Assembly (NCBI GenBank): GCA_963707215.1
Contig: CAVPPB010000001.1
Coordinates: forward strand, 1 to 64,000
DNA: 64,000 nucleotides
Reading direction: 5' to 3'
Origin: an uncultured Chloroflexia bacterium
GTDB taxonomy: Bacteria; Chloroflexota; Limnocylindria; Limnocylindrales; CSP1-4
Below the pieces are notes generated by a model that had not been told where the DNA came from, searched no databases, and worked only from the letters and a program-made list of their open reading frames with translations. Positions 28,599 to 38,491 of the stretch are shown here, piece by piece. The stretch's first letter is position 1, and each line of letters starts with the position of its first letter. Both the position numbers and the translations under genes were made by a program.

Positions 28599-31055
28599 CT
28601 ACAGCAGCGACTCCGGGTCGACGTCGATCGACCATGGCGGGCCGATGCCGTCCAGCAGGGCGGCAGGATCCGGCCCGCGGAGGATCAGGTTGAAGCGCCA
28701 GCGACCACTCCGGCGCGCGACGTAGGCGGGGGCCGGCCCCATGACCGCCGTCGTCCCGCCCGCCCGTGCCCGGAGCCGCTCGACCAGGGCGGTGGCCTCC
28801 CGTTCTGCCGCATCTCGCTCCGGCAGCGCCACCGTCAGCTTCACCAGGCGGCCGAAGGGCGGCGAGTCGAACCGCTCGCGCAGCCGAAGCTCTGCGTCGT
28901 AGAACGATCCGGCGTCGCCGGTCGCGACCGCCTGGATGGCCGGATGGTCGGGCTGATAGCTCTGGATGATCGCCCGGCCCGGACGGTCGCCGCGTCCGGC
29001 TCGCCCGACAGCCTGGGCCAGGAGCTGGTACGTCCGCTCGGCCGCCCGCTCGTCCGGAAGGTTCAGGGCGACATCGGCCGAGACGACCCCGACCAGCACG
29101 ACCTCGGGGACGTCGATGCCCTTGGCCACGAGACTCGTCCCCACCAGGACGTCGATCCGCCCGTCCCTGAGGTCGTCGAGGACCCGCTGCGCCATCCCTT
29201 TCCGGGCCACGACGTCGCGGTCGAGCCGGCCCACCCGGAGCTCCGGGAACCGCTGCCGGACTTCGCGCTCGACCCGCTCCGTGCCGCCGCCCAGGTAGCG
29301 GATCCTGGCCGATCCGCAGGCCGGGCAGCGGGCGGCGAGAGGTGCGGCGACGCCGCAGTGATGGCAGCGGAGCGTGTAGCCGGCCTGGTGGAAGACCAGC
29401 GGCCGGTCGCACTCCCCGCAGGCCTGGACGTGACCGCAATCCCGGCACAGGACCACGGAGGCACTGCCTCGGCGGTTGATGACCAGGATCGCCCGGTCGC
29501 CCACGAGGGGGTCGAGCGCGCCGAGGGCGTCCACCAGCGCCCCGGACAGGAGCCCGCGGTTGCCGACCGCCAGCTCGGCCCGCAGGTCCACGACCTCGAC
29601 CGTCGGCGGCCGACCGGTCGGACGCACCGGCAGGGCGATCCGCTGCGCTCGACCGGCTCGGGCGCGGCCCATCGTCTCCACGGACGGCGTGGCGCTGCCG
29701 AGAAGGACGGGCGCGCCGGCAAGTCGTCCCAGCTCGATCGCCACGTCACGAGCCTGGAGCCGGGGTGTCCGATCGCTCTTGTAGGCAGCCTCGTGCTCCT
29801 CGTCGACGATGACGAGGCCGGGATCGGCGATCGGCGCTAGGACTGCGACCCGGGTACCGACGACGACATGGACCTCGCCGGCGCGGATGCGTCGCCATTC
29901 GTCCGCCCGCTCGCCATCACCCAGCGCGGAGTGCAGGAGCGCGACCTCGACCCCCAGGTCCGCCCTGAGGCGGTCGACGAGGGGGACGGCCATCGCCACT
30001 TCCGGGACCAGGACGAGGGCCGTACGCCCGGCCCCCAATGCCGCCTCGATGGCAGCGACGTAGATCGCTGTCTTGCCGCTTCCGGTGATCCCGTCGAGCA
30101 GCACCGGGGTCGGGTCGCGCGCATCGATGGCGTTGCGCACCATCCTGATCGCCTCGACCTGCGGGTCCGTCAGCGACGAGCCGGCCGGACGCGCACCCCT
30201 GGGGCCAGGCGGACGAGCCGCCAGGGGACGTCGCTCGCGCTCGCGCACGTCGGCGACCACGAGGCCGCGGCGCACCAGGCCGGCCACGGCCCCGCTCCCA
30301 TGGCGAGCGGACAGGCCGGGGCCGGCCAGGCCGACATCCGACGCCGCAGCGAGCTCACGAAGGGCGGCCACCTGACGCGGTCCGATGCGCCCCGCCGGTG
30401 ACGGCTCGCCGCGGTCCAGCGCCCCGACGACGAGGCGTCCCTCGGCCGAGGCGGTCAGCCAGCGCTCGTAGCGCGGCCCCGCCGTCGATGCCTCCAGGGT
30501 CCAGTCGAGCTCCACCAGGTCCCTGGCAGCCAGATCACGGAGGCGCCGCAGGAGCGCCGGCCGCCCGTCGGGCGCCGGCAGATCGCGGACCCGGCGCGGC
30601 CCTTCGAGCAGCGAGTCGATCAGGGCCGCCGCGACCGGATCGTCGGGCCGGCCCCCGGCAGCCGCCGAGGTGGCTTCGGCCACGAGCTCGAGCCGCTCCA
30701 GGAAGCCCGGCGGCAGGGCTGCGCGGACGACGGCTGCCGGTGGCGCGACGTAGTGGGCCGCGACCCAGCCTACGAGGGCCAGGGTCAGCGGCGGCAGCAA
30801 CGGCCCATCGGTCCGGACCCTCGTCCGGATGGGCTTCGTCGGGCCTTCCGGCCGGTCGCTGGCAGGCCCCAGCACGATCCCGATCGCCTGTCGTCGACCG
30901 AACTCGACCAGGACCGCCTCGCCCGGCTCGGGCGACGGCCCGTCGGGCGTGAGATGGTAGGTATACGGTCGCGCGCCGGCCCCACCCGGTGCGTCGACGG
31001 CCACACTCACGAAGGCCGCCTCGTCGAGCTCCGCTTCGCCCGTCGCGCCGGCCAT
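28599..31055 (-). CDS. priA: Primosomal protein N' (PriA)
   Basis: GITGSGKT, DEEH, four CxxC pairs, QAVGRAGR, WSIDVDP. Confidence 0.97.
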   Translation of the reverse strand: MAGATGEAELDEAAFVSVAVDAPGGAGARPYTYHLTPDGPSPEPGEAVLVEFGRRQAIGIVLGPASDRPEGPTKPIRTRVRTDGPLLPPLTLALVGWVAAHYVAPPAAVVRAALPPGFLERLELVAEATSAAAGGRPDDPVAAALIDSLLEGPRRVRDLPAPDGRPALLRRLRDLAARDLVELDWTLEASTAGPRYERWLTASAEGRLVVGALDRGEPSPAGRIGPRQVAALRELAAASDVGLAGPGLSARHGSGAVAGLVRRGLVVADVRERERRPLAARPPGPRGARPAGSSLTDPQVEAIRMVRNAIDARDPTPVLLDGITGSGKTAIYVAAIEAALGAGRTALVLVPEVAMAVPLVDRLRADLGVEVALLHSALGDGERADEWRRIRAGEVHVVVGTRVAVLAPIADPGLVIVDEEHEAAYKSDRTPRLQARDVAIELGRLAGAPVLLGSATPSVETMGRARAGRAQRIALPVRPTGRPPTVEVVDLRAELAVGNRGLLSGALVDALGALDPLVGDRAILVINRRGSASVVLCRDCGHVQACGECDRPLVFHQAGYTLRCHHCGVAAPLAARCPACGSARIRYLGGGTERVEREVRQRFPELRVGRLDRDVVARKGMAQRVLDDLRDGRIDVLVGTSLVAKGIDVPEVVLVGVVSADVALNLPDERAAERTYQLLAQAVGRAGRGDRPGRAIIQSYQPDHPAIQAVATGDAGSFYDAELRLRERFDSPPFGRLVKLTVALPERDAAEREATALVERLRARAGGTTAVMGPAPAYVARRSGRWRFNLILRGPDPAALLDGIGPPWSIDVDPESLL

Positions 31056-31060
31056 CGGCG

Positions 31061-31741
31061 TCAGACCCGGATCCGACGCTCCGGCCAGCGCGCCTTCTCG
31101 GCCGCGATGATCTCGTCGATCCGCGCCGCCGTCCGCTCGACCTGGCCGGTCTCGTTCACCACGACGTGGTCGTAGTCGCCCGCGCGAGCCAACTCGATGG
31201 CCGCATTCCGCTGGCGCACCTCGAGCTCATCGGCCGACTCCGTGGCCCGGGACCGCAGCCGCTCGAAGAGGGCTTCCATGGACGGCGGGACGAGGAAGAC
31301 GAGCAGCGCGTCGGGGACCTGCTCCTTGACCCGCTGGGCTCCCTGGACGTCGATCTTGAGGATGACGTCCTTGCCCGAGGCGAGGGCCTCCCGGACGTCG
31401 TCCCGCGGTGTCCCGTACCAGTTGCCATGGACTTCGGCCCACTCCAGCAGTCCGCCCGAGTCCCGCAGCGCCTCGAAGGTGGTCGGGGTCAGGAAGCGGT
31501 AGCTGACACCCGGCGCCTCGCCGGCCCGCGGGGCTCGTGTCGTGCAGGTGACGACGTAGTGGTAGTCGGGCTCGCGCGGCCGGCGGTGAAGGGCCTCGAT
31601 GATGGTGTCCTTGCCCACGCCCGACGGGCCGGAGATGATGACCAGCATCGCGCCGGGCGCGCCGAACCCTCGGTCGCCGACAGGCGGATCGCTCCCGGTC
31701 TCCGAGCCGCCGGGTCCGACGGTCCCGTCCGGCGTCTTCAT
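31061..31741 (-). CDS. gmk: Guanylate kinase
   Basis: SGPSGVGK, TTRAPRAGE, NWYGT. Confidence 0.96.
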   Translation of the reverse strand: MKTPDGTVGPGGSETGSDPPVGDRGFGAPGAMLVIISGPSGVGKDTIIEALHRRPREPDYHYVVTCTTRAPRAGEAPGVSYRFLTPTTFEALRDSGGLLEWAEVHGNWYGTPRDDVREALASGKDVILKIDVQGAQRVKEQVPDALLVFLVPPSMEALFERLRSRATESADELEVRQRNAAIELARAGDYDHVVVNETGQVERTAARIDEIIAAEKARWPERRIRV

Positions 31742-32721
31742 CCGCCCGGGACCACCGCGTGGGCGCCGGGCTCGGCGACCCGACGAAGGGACGCGATCAC
31801 CCGCTCCAGCTCCTCCGGCAGCGGCGCCTCGACACGGAGGAGCTGGCCGGTCGACGGCTGGGTGAGCTCCAGGCGCCAGGCGTGGAGGAAGAGCCGCTCG
31901 AGGCCCTCCGGTCCTCGGCGCGATGAGCCGGTGCCGTAGACGGGGTCGCCCGCCACCGGATGGCCGATCGCGTCGAGGTGGACCCGGATCTGGTGGGTCC
32001 GCCCGGTCACGAGGTCCAGCTCGAGCAATGTCCAGCCCGGGAAGCGCTCGCGGACGCGATACCCGGTGACGGCGGCCCGCCCGTCCGGGACGACCGCGAA
32101 GCGCTGGCGGTCGCGAGGGTCGCGACCGATCGGTGCCTCGATCCGCCCGACCGTCGCCGCCACGCTGCCGGCTACCAGGGCCAGGTAGGTCTTCTTCACC
32201 CGCCGGGCCTTCAGCTGTGCCATGAGGCTCTGCTGAGCCGCGTCGTTGCGAGCAACCATGAGCAGGCCGCTGGTATCCCGATCAAGGCGGTGGACGATCC
32301 CGGGCCGCTGGATGCCCGCGATGCCGCCGTAGTGGTCGCCGCGGGCCAGCAAGGCGTGGACCAAGGTCCCCTCGCGATGGCCCGGCGACGGATGGACGAC
32401 CAGGCCCGCGGGCTTGTCCACGACCAGCAGGTCGGCGTCCTCGTGGACCACGTCCAGGACGATGCTCGCGTCGGGCTCGAGATGCTCGGGCGGTCGCGGG
32501 GGCGGGACCTCGATGACGACCCGGGCGCCCGGCTCGAGGATCGTGTTGGCCCGGATGGGGCGGCCGTCGACCGTCACCCGCTCGTCGGCCATCAACCGCT
32601 GGACGAAGCTCCGCGAGAGCCCCGTGAGATCGGCGACGAAGCGGTCGGCGCGGCGGCGGCCGACGGCGGCCGGCACCTCCAGCTCGTGCCGCTCGCCCGC
32701 ATCGACCGCTGGGTCAACCAT
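31738..32721 (-). CDS. rluD: RluA/RluD family pseudouridine synthase with S4 domain
   Basis: DKPAGLVVHP, HRLDRDTSG, TGRTHQIRVH. Confidence 0.9.
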   Translation of the reverse strand: MVDPAVDAGERHELEVPAAVGRRRADRFVADLTGLSRSFVQRLMADERVTVDGRPIRANTILEPGARVVIEVPPPRPPEHLEPDASIVLDVVHEDADLLVVDKPAGLVVHPSPGHREGTLVHALLARGDHYGGIAGIQRPGIVHRLDRDTSGLLMVARNDAAQQSLMAQLKARRVKKTYLALVAGSVAATVGRIEAPIGRDPRDRQRFAVVPDGRAAVTGYRVRERFPGWTLLELDLVTGRTHQIRVHLDAIGHPVAGDPVYGTGSSRRGPEGLERLFLHAWRLELTQPSTGQLLRVEAPLPEELERVIASLRRVAEPGAHAVVPGG

Positions 32722-33223
32722 CGGTCATCGACGGCTGGGGGGCCGGCCAGACGGCCCGGAACAGGAGCAGGAGGATCGCCAGGCTGATCGAGGCATCGGC
32801 GACGTTGAACGTGTAGAAGCGCCAGTCGCCGATCCCGATGTCGACGAAGTCGACGACGTACCCGTATCGCAGGCGATCGACGAGATTGCCGATCGCGCCG
32901 CCCATGAGCAACCCGAGGGCTGCGGCCAGGATCGGGTCGCCACGGGAGCGGGCCTGGAAGGCGACGATGAGGCCGATGACGACGAGTGACACCGCGGCGA
33001 ACAGGATCGCGCTGTCCCGGAAGAGCCCGAAGATGGCCCCCGTGTTCTGACCATGGACCAGCCGGAACCAATCGCCGAGCACGACCACGATCTCGCCGGG
33101 GTCGACGTTGGCCACCAGCCAGGCCTTGGTGAGCTGATCCAGGACGACGACGCCGATGGCAAGACCCAGGAAGATCGCCCAGCGGGGCCGCGCCCCGGAG
33201 CCGGCAGCGCTCCTGCCGGTCAT
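32714..33223 (-). CDS. lspA: Lipoprotein signal peptidase II
   Basis: DQLTK, NTGAIFG, GNLVDRL, VVDF, FNVAD. Confidence 0.95.
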   Translation of the reverse strand: MTGRSAAGSGARPRWAIFLGLAIGVVVLDQLTKAWLVANVDPGEIVVVLGDWFRLVHGQNTGAIFGLFRDSAILFAAVSLVVIGLIVAFQARSRGDPILAAALGLLMGGAIGNLVDRLRYGYVVDFVDIGIGDWRFYTFNVADASISLAILLLLFRAVWPAPQPSMTDG

Positions 33224-36200
33224 CGATCCTCCCGACGGAGGCCGACCGTCAGCCGACCCACGTCGAGGTCGACCTCGGCCCGGGCGGCGTCGGCAGGCGG
33301 CGACCCCTGGGTGACCGACGCGGCAAGCGTGTCGGCCGCCACCGAGGCCACGTACGGCGCAAGGCCTGGGGGCAGCGGATCGAGCCACAGGCTGATCATG
33401 TCGTCGAGCTGGAGCTCGGCCTCCCGTCGCAGGTCCTGGACGGCCCGCTGGAGCTCGCGGGCGTCCCCCTCGAGGCGGAGCTCCGGGGTGACCTCCGTGT
33501 CGATGACGACGACGAGGCCGTCGTCGTGGGCCACGGCCGTCCCTGGCCGAGGCGTGGCCAGGATCTCCACCTCGTCGGGCGCCAGCGTCAGGCCGGCCAG
33601 CGAGACGGATCCGTCGTCGTGGATCTCGACCTCACCGGCCTTGGCAGCCGCCATGACCGCCGGGATGCGCGGGCCCAGCTTCCGGCCGATGACCGGGAGG
33701 AGCGGCTTGACCCGCCGATCCACGAGCTCGTGATCGTCGTTGATGAGCTCGATCGCCTTCACGTTCAGCTCCTCGGCCAGCAGCCCGACGAGGGCATCGA
33801 GCTCATGAAGATCGGCTCCGGGCAGCGCCAGCCAGAGACGGGCGAGGGGCTGGCGGACCTTCAGGCCGGCCTGACCCCGAAGCGTCCTGGCCAGGTCGAC
33901 GGCCCGTCTGGCCACCGCCATCGCGCGTTCCAGCGGTTCGTCACGATGGGCGGTAAGGTCGGCCGTCGGCCAGCGGGTCAGGTGGACGCTGTCGGGTGCG
34001 GATGGCTCGACGGCGGCGACGAGGTTCCCGTAGGTCGCCTCCGCCAGGAAGGGCAGGATCGGGGCAAGGATCGTCGCGCAGGCCACCAACGCCTCGTGGA
34101 GGGTGGCGAAGGCCGCAGCCCGGTCGGTGGTGTCCCGGTTCCGCGAGAAGCGCCGCCTCGAGCGGCGCAGGTACCAGGTGGACAGGTCGTCGATGAAGCT
34201 CCCGGCCTCCTGGCTCGCCCGCATCGTGTCGTAGTCGCGAAGACGGTCCTCGACCGTCGCCGCGGTCGCGGCGGCCCGGGACAGGATCCACCGGTCGAGG
34301 ACCGGCCGATCGGCGACCGGCGGGACCGGGCCTGACGGGGACCAGCCGGACAATCGTGCGTAGGTCACGAAGAACGCGTACACGTTCCAGAACACCAGCA
34401 GCTCGCGGCGGGCCTCGTCGGCCGAGTGCCAGCCGAACAGGATGTTGTCCTCGGGTCGGGCTCGAGCGAACATCCAGCGCATGACGTCGACGCCCATCCG
34501 CTCGGCGGCCTCGTCGAACTCGATCGCGTTGCCCCAGCTCTTGTGCATCGGCCGGCCATCCTCGCCGAAGACGAGGGCGTAGCCGAAGATGGCCAGGAAG
34601 GGCGGTTCACGGCGCAGCACCGTACCCATGGCGAGCATCGCGTAGAACCAGTTGCGGAACTGGCCCGGGAAGCTCTCGGTGATGAAGTCGGCCGGGTACC
34701 ACTTCGCCCAGTAGTCGGGGTCTTCGCGGAAGTGGATCGTGGAGAACGGGACGATGCCAGCGTCGAGCCACGGGTTGCCCACGTCCTTGATCCGCTCGAC
34801 CGGGGCACCGCAGCCCCGGCAGGCGATCCGGACCTCGTCCACCCAGGGACGGTGGGGCGTGTGCCCGGCGAGGGCCTCGAGTCCCTCGACGGCCCGCTCC
34901 TCGAGCTCCTGCCGTCCGCCGATGACGTCGATCCTCCCGCAGGCTCGGCAGTCGTAGATCGGTAGCGCCAGGCCCCAGTAGCGCTTCTTGCTGATCATCC
35001 AGTCGTGCATGTTGAGGAGCCAGTCGAGCTCCCGTTCGTAGCCGAACGCGGGGACCCAGCGGATCCGGTCGACGACCTCCATGATCTGGTACCGGAGCGA
35101 GGCCTCGACCTGCTCCTGGGTCAGCGTCTCCCGGGGCTGGTCGTACACCGGGCCCATGCTGATGTACCACTCGTCCACCAGGCGGAAGACGAGCGGGGTC
35201 CCGCACCGCCAGCAATGCGGATAGCGGTGGTGGTAGGGCTCCAGACGGTAGAAGCGATGCTCGTGGCGGAGGCGTTCGACGATCGGCTCGGTCACGTCGC
35301 GGACGTCCCGGCCGCTGAGCGACCCGAACCCCTCGATGAACAGGCCGGATTCGTCGAGCGGGGCGATCATCGGAAGCCCCAGCTCCTTGCCCAGCGCGTA
35401 GTCCTCGGCGCCGCACCCCGGGGCGATATGGACGATGCCCGTCCCCTCCTCCTCCCCGACCTCGTCCCAGGCCACGACGCGGTGGCGATAGGGATGGCCG
35501 TCGCCGTCGGCCGCCCGCTCGAAGGCGTGGCGGACGGCCGGGAGGTCGTCGAAGGGTCCCTCGTAGCGCCAGCCGACCAGGTCCGAGCCGGGCCGTTCCT
35601 CGAGGACCTCGAACGGCCCCTCGAGCGCGTGGCGCAGCGTCCCCTTGCCGACCCATGAGCGGGCATCGCCCTGCCGGACGAGCACGTACCGGAGGTCGGG
35701 GCCCACCGCGGCCGCCACGTTGGAGGTGAGGGTCCAGGGCGTGGTCGTCCAGACGAGCAGGTCCTCGCCGGGCCGGTCCGAGAGCCGGAAGCGCACCGTG
35801 AGCCCCGGGTCCTCGCGCTCCTGGTAACCCTCGTTCATCTCCATCTGCGAGATGCCGGTCCCGCAGCGGGCGCACCAGGGCATGGTGTCGTGGCCCTTGT
35901 AGAGCCAGCCTCGGCGGTGGCACTCGGCCAGGAAGCCCCAGATGAGATCGTTGTTCTCGTTCGAGAAGGTGAAGTAGCTGCCTCCGACCTCGGGCATCCC
36001 GAGCCGTCCGACGAGCATCTCGACCGTGTCGGTGACCGGGCCCTCGGGACCCTGGACCGTCACGACCTGGGCCGGGTCAGCCGCGAGGAGGTCGCGGAGC
36101 CGGCGGAGCTCATCGGGGTCGTTCCAGTCCATCCAGTAGCCGAGGCGGATCGACTGCTCGGTCTGGCGGGCGGCGAAGGTCAGGACCCGCTGCTTGCAGA

Positions 36201-36555
36201 GCGAGACGAACTCGGCGATGCCGTAGTCCTCGATGTCGCGCTTGCTGGTGAAGCCCAGGTCCCGCTCGACGTTCACCTCGACCCAGAGGCCCTGGCAGTC
36301 GAAGCCGTTCTGCCAGCGCTGGTCCTCGCCCAGCATCGCGTGGAACCTCTGGAAGACGTCCTTGTAGGTCCGCCCCCAGGCGTGGTGGACGCCCATCGGG
36401 TTGTTGGCCGTGATCGGCCCATCGAGGAAGCTCCAGCGCGGCCCTCCGGCGTTCTGGGCGCGCAGGCGAGCGAACGTACGTCGCTCGCGCCAGAGCCCGA
36501 GGATCTCGTGCTCCTGCTCGACGAGGTCGGGCTTCGTGTTGACGGGTCGGAACAT
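33220..36555 (-). CDS. ileS: Isoleucine--tRNA ligase (type 2)
   Basis: DGPITAN...GVHH, WTTTPWT, GTGIVHIAP, DWMISKKRYWG, PMHKS; no C-terminal Zn finger; followed by lspA. Confidence 0.95.
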   Translation of the reverse strand: MFRPVNTKPDLVEQEHEILGLWRERRTFARLRAQNAGGPRWSFLDGPITANNPMGVHHAWGRTYKDVFQRFHAMLGEDQRWQNGFDCQGLWVEVNVERDLGFTSKRDIEDYGIAEFVSLCKQRVLTFAARQTEQSIRLGYWMDWNDPDELRRLRDLLAADPAQVVTVQGPEGPVTDTVEMLVGRLGMPEVGGSYFTFSNENNDLIWGFLAECHRRGWLYKGHDTMPWCARCGTGISQMEMNEGYQEREDPGLTVRFRLSDRPGEDLLVWTTTPWTLTSNVAAAVGPDLRYVLVRQGDARSWVGKGTLRHALEGPFEVLEERPGSDLVGWRYEGPFDDLPAVRHAFERAADGDGHPYRHRVVAWDEVGEEEGTGIVHIAPGCGAEDYALGKELGLPMIAPLDESGLFIEGFGSLSGRDVRDVTEPIVERLRHEHRFYRLEPYHHRYPHCWRCGTPLVFRLVDEWYISMGPVYDQPRETLTQEQVEASLRYQIMEVVDRIRWVPAFGYERELDWLLNMHDWMISKKRYWGLALPIYDCRACGRIDVIGGRQELEERAVEGLEALAGHTPHRPWVDEVRIACRGCGAPVERIKDVGNPWLDAGIVPFSTIHFREDPDYWAKWYPADFITESFPGQFRNWFYAMLAMGTVLRREPPFLAIFGYALVFGEDGRPMHKSWGNAIEFDEAAERMGVDVMRWMFARARPEDNILFGWHSADEARRELLVFWNVYAFFVTYARLSGWSPSGPVPPVADRPVLDRWILSRAAATAATVEDRLRDYDTMRASQEAGSFIDDLSTWYLRRSRRRFSRNRDTTDRAAAFATLHEALVACATILAPILPFLAEATYGNLVAAVEPSAPDSVHLTRWPTADLTAHRDEPLERAMAVARRAVDLARTLRGQAGLKVRQPLARLWLALPGADLHELDALVGLLAEELNVKAIELINDDHELVDRRVKPLLPVIGRKLGPRIPAVMAAAKAGEVEIHDDGSVSLAGLTLAPDEVEILATPRPGTAVAHDDGLVVVIDTEVTPELRLEGDARELQRAVQDLRREAELQLDDMISLWLDPLPPGLAPYVASVAADTLAASVTQGSPPADAARAEVDLDVGRLTVGLRREDR

Positions 36556-36663
36556 CAGTCCTCGGCTGCGCTGGACCGCGGGCGCGCCCGTCACACGGCG
36601 ATCCCGGTCGCCGTCGCATCCCCTCGGACACACCCCACGGAGGTGACGAGTATCCTACCCGCG

Positions 36664-38481
36664 ATGCAAGTTCGACAGGAGGCGCGACCGCGCGCCCGCT
36701 CGGCCTTCGTGGCCGCCTTCCTCTCGCTGATCTTCCCGGGCCTGGGCCAGGCGTACGCGGGTGCCTACGCCCGTGCCCTGGCGGTCGCTGCGGCCCCGAT
36801 CCTCTTCCTGGCCCTGGTCGGCGGGATCGGCCTGCGGATGGACCGCCTGGACCTCCTGGGCTTCATCGTCCAACCCTGGGTCCTGCAGTCCATCTTCGTC
36901 TTCAACGTGATCGCGCTCGCGTACCGCGCTGCGGCGATCATCGATGCCTGGCGGCTCGTCACCTACATGAACGCCACGGCCGGAGCGGGTGGCGGCCGCC
37001 TGGGAGGTCCCCGGATCCGCTGGTCAGCCGCCTCGCTGGCAGGGCTCCTGGGGGTCCTCCTGGTCATGGCCGGCGCGCATGTCGCGGTCGCCCGTTACGA
37101 CCTGCAGGCCATGGCGTTCGTCGACTGTGTCTTCGACGACGACGGTACTGCCGACTGCGGGGAGGCGGCCGTGGCCAGCCCGGGCCCAGGGGCGACCCCG
37201 GACCCCGACGCCTCCGCCGAAGCCTCCCCGGTACCGTCACCCTCCCCTGGGGCATCGGCAGCGGCGACCCAGACGCCGCTGCCGCCATGGGACGGCAAGG
37301 AGCCGTTGAGCGTCCTGCTCATCGGATCGGACGAGCGACCCGGCGAGGCCGGCAAGCGGACCGACACGCTCATCGTGGCCACGATCGACCCGGCGACGAG
37401 GCGTGTCGCCATGTTCAGCCTGCCGCGCGATACCGTCGACGTACCGCTCCCCGCCGGGCCCGCCCGGGGCGTCTTCGGGACCGCCTATGCCGGCAAGATC
37501 AACAGCCTCTACGGGGCCGCGATGGCCCGACCGGACATCTTCCCGGGCAATGACAACGTTCGGGGCTACAACGCCGTCAAGGCCGCCCTCGGCGAGCTCT
37601 ACGGACTCGACATCCGCTGGTACGTGGAGGTCAACTTCGAGGGCTTCAAGAAGGTCGTCGACACCCTCGGTGGCGTGACGATCGACGTCCAGATGCCGGT
37701 CTCCGACGATGCCTACCCGGGCGACGACGGTCGCCTCAAGCGGGTCTACATCCCGACCGGCGTCCAGCACATGACGGGCTCGGAAGCTCTCGTCTATGCG
37801 CGGTCCCGCCACGGCTCCTCGGACTTCGACCGGGGACAGCGCCAGCAACGCGTCCTCGTCTCCCTGCGAGAGCAGACCGACGTGGCAGCCGTCCTGCCCC
37901 GGATCGACCAGCTCATCGCCGCCCTCACGAGCGCGATCAAGACCGACATCCCGGTCGGCGAGCTGCCCAAGCTCCTGTCGCTCGCCGACGGAGTCGACAT
38001 CTCCAACATCCGGTCCTACGTGTTCGCCCCGTCGTTCTGGGCAGAAGAACGGCGCTCCGGCGACCCACGCGGCTACGTCATCGTGCCACGAGTCGATCGC
38101 ATCCAGAAGGCTGTCCGCAACGCGTTCAGCTCGGATCCCGAGCTCGAGGCGACCCGCGAGGCCCTCAGCGAAGAGGGTGCCAGGGTGTTGGTCCTCAACG
38201 GTTCCGGCGTCAGCGGCCAGGCCGGCGAAGTCGCCCGGTATCTCGACTTCTGGGGCATCTCGGCGTCGGCGTCGTCGCAGCGGCCGGACGGTGCCGCGCC
38301 GGCCGCCGTCCGGATCATCGCCTACAACGGTGCGGAGACGACCTCCCCGGAGACGGTCGCCTTCCTGGAGGCGACCTACGGGGCTTCGGTAGTCTCGGAG
38401 GTGGACCCCGCGGCCCGCGCCGACCTGGTCATCGTCACCGCCGCTGACATGCCCAACCCGACGCCCCCGCCGGCGCCCTGA
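36664..38481 (+). CDS. LCP (LytR-CpsA-Psr) family protein with N-terminal TM segments and C-terminal LytR_C-like domain
   Basis: LLIGSDER, RTDTL, SLPRD, KINS, ARSRH, SDFDRGQRQQ, VLVLNGSG. Confidence 0.92.
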   Translation: MQVRQEARPRARSAFVAAFLSLIFPGLGQAYAGAYARALAVAAAPILFLALVGGIGLRMDRLDLLGFIVQPWVLQSIFVFNVIALAYRAAAIIDAWRLVTYMNATAGAGGGRLGGPRIRWSAASLAGLLGVLLVMAGAHVAVARYDLQAMAFVDCVFDDDGTADCGEAAVASPGPGATPDPDASAEASPVPSPSPGASAAATQTPLPPWDGKEPLSVLLIGSDERPGEAGKRTDTLIVATIDPATRRVAMFSLPRDTVDVPLPAGPARGVFGTAYAGKINSLYGAAMARPDIFPGNDNVRGYNAVKAALGELYGLDIRWYVEVNFEGFKKVVDTLGGVTIDVQMPVSDDAYPGDDGRLKRVYIPTGVQHMTGSEALVYARSRHGSSDFDRGQRQQRVLVSLREQTDVAAVLPRIDQLIAALTSAIKTDIPVGELPKLLSLADGVDISNIRSYVFAPSFWAEERRSGDPRGYVIVPRVDRIQKAVRNAFSSDPELEATREALSEEGARVLVLNGSGVSGQAGEVARYLDFWGISASASSQRPDGAAPAAVRIIAYNGAETTSPETVAFLEATYGASVVSEVDPAARADLVIVTAADMPNPTPPPAP

Positions 38482-38491
38482 CCGACCGACC

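Noticed and set aside
35981-36120. Intein in IleRS
   Set aside because: Too short and lacks C/S start and HN end residues
36556-36663. T-box riboswitch upstream of ileS
   Set aside because: Only ~108 bp shared with the divergent LCP gene, and no T-box (UGGNACC) motif seen
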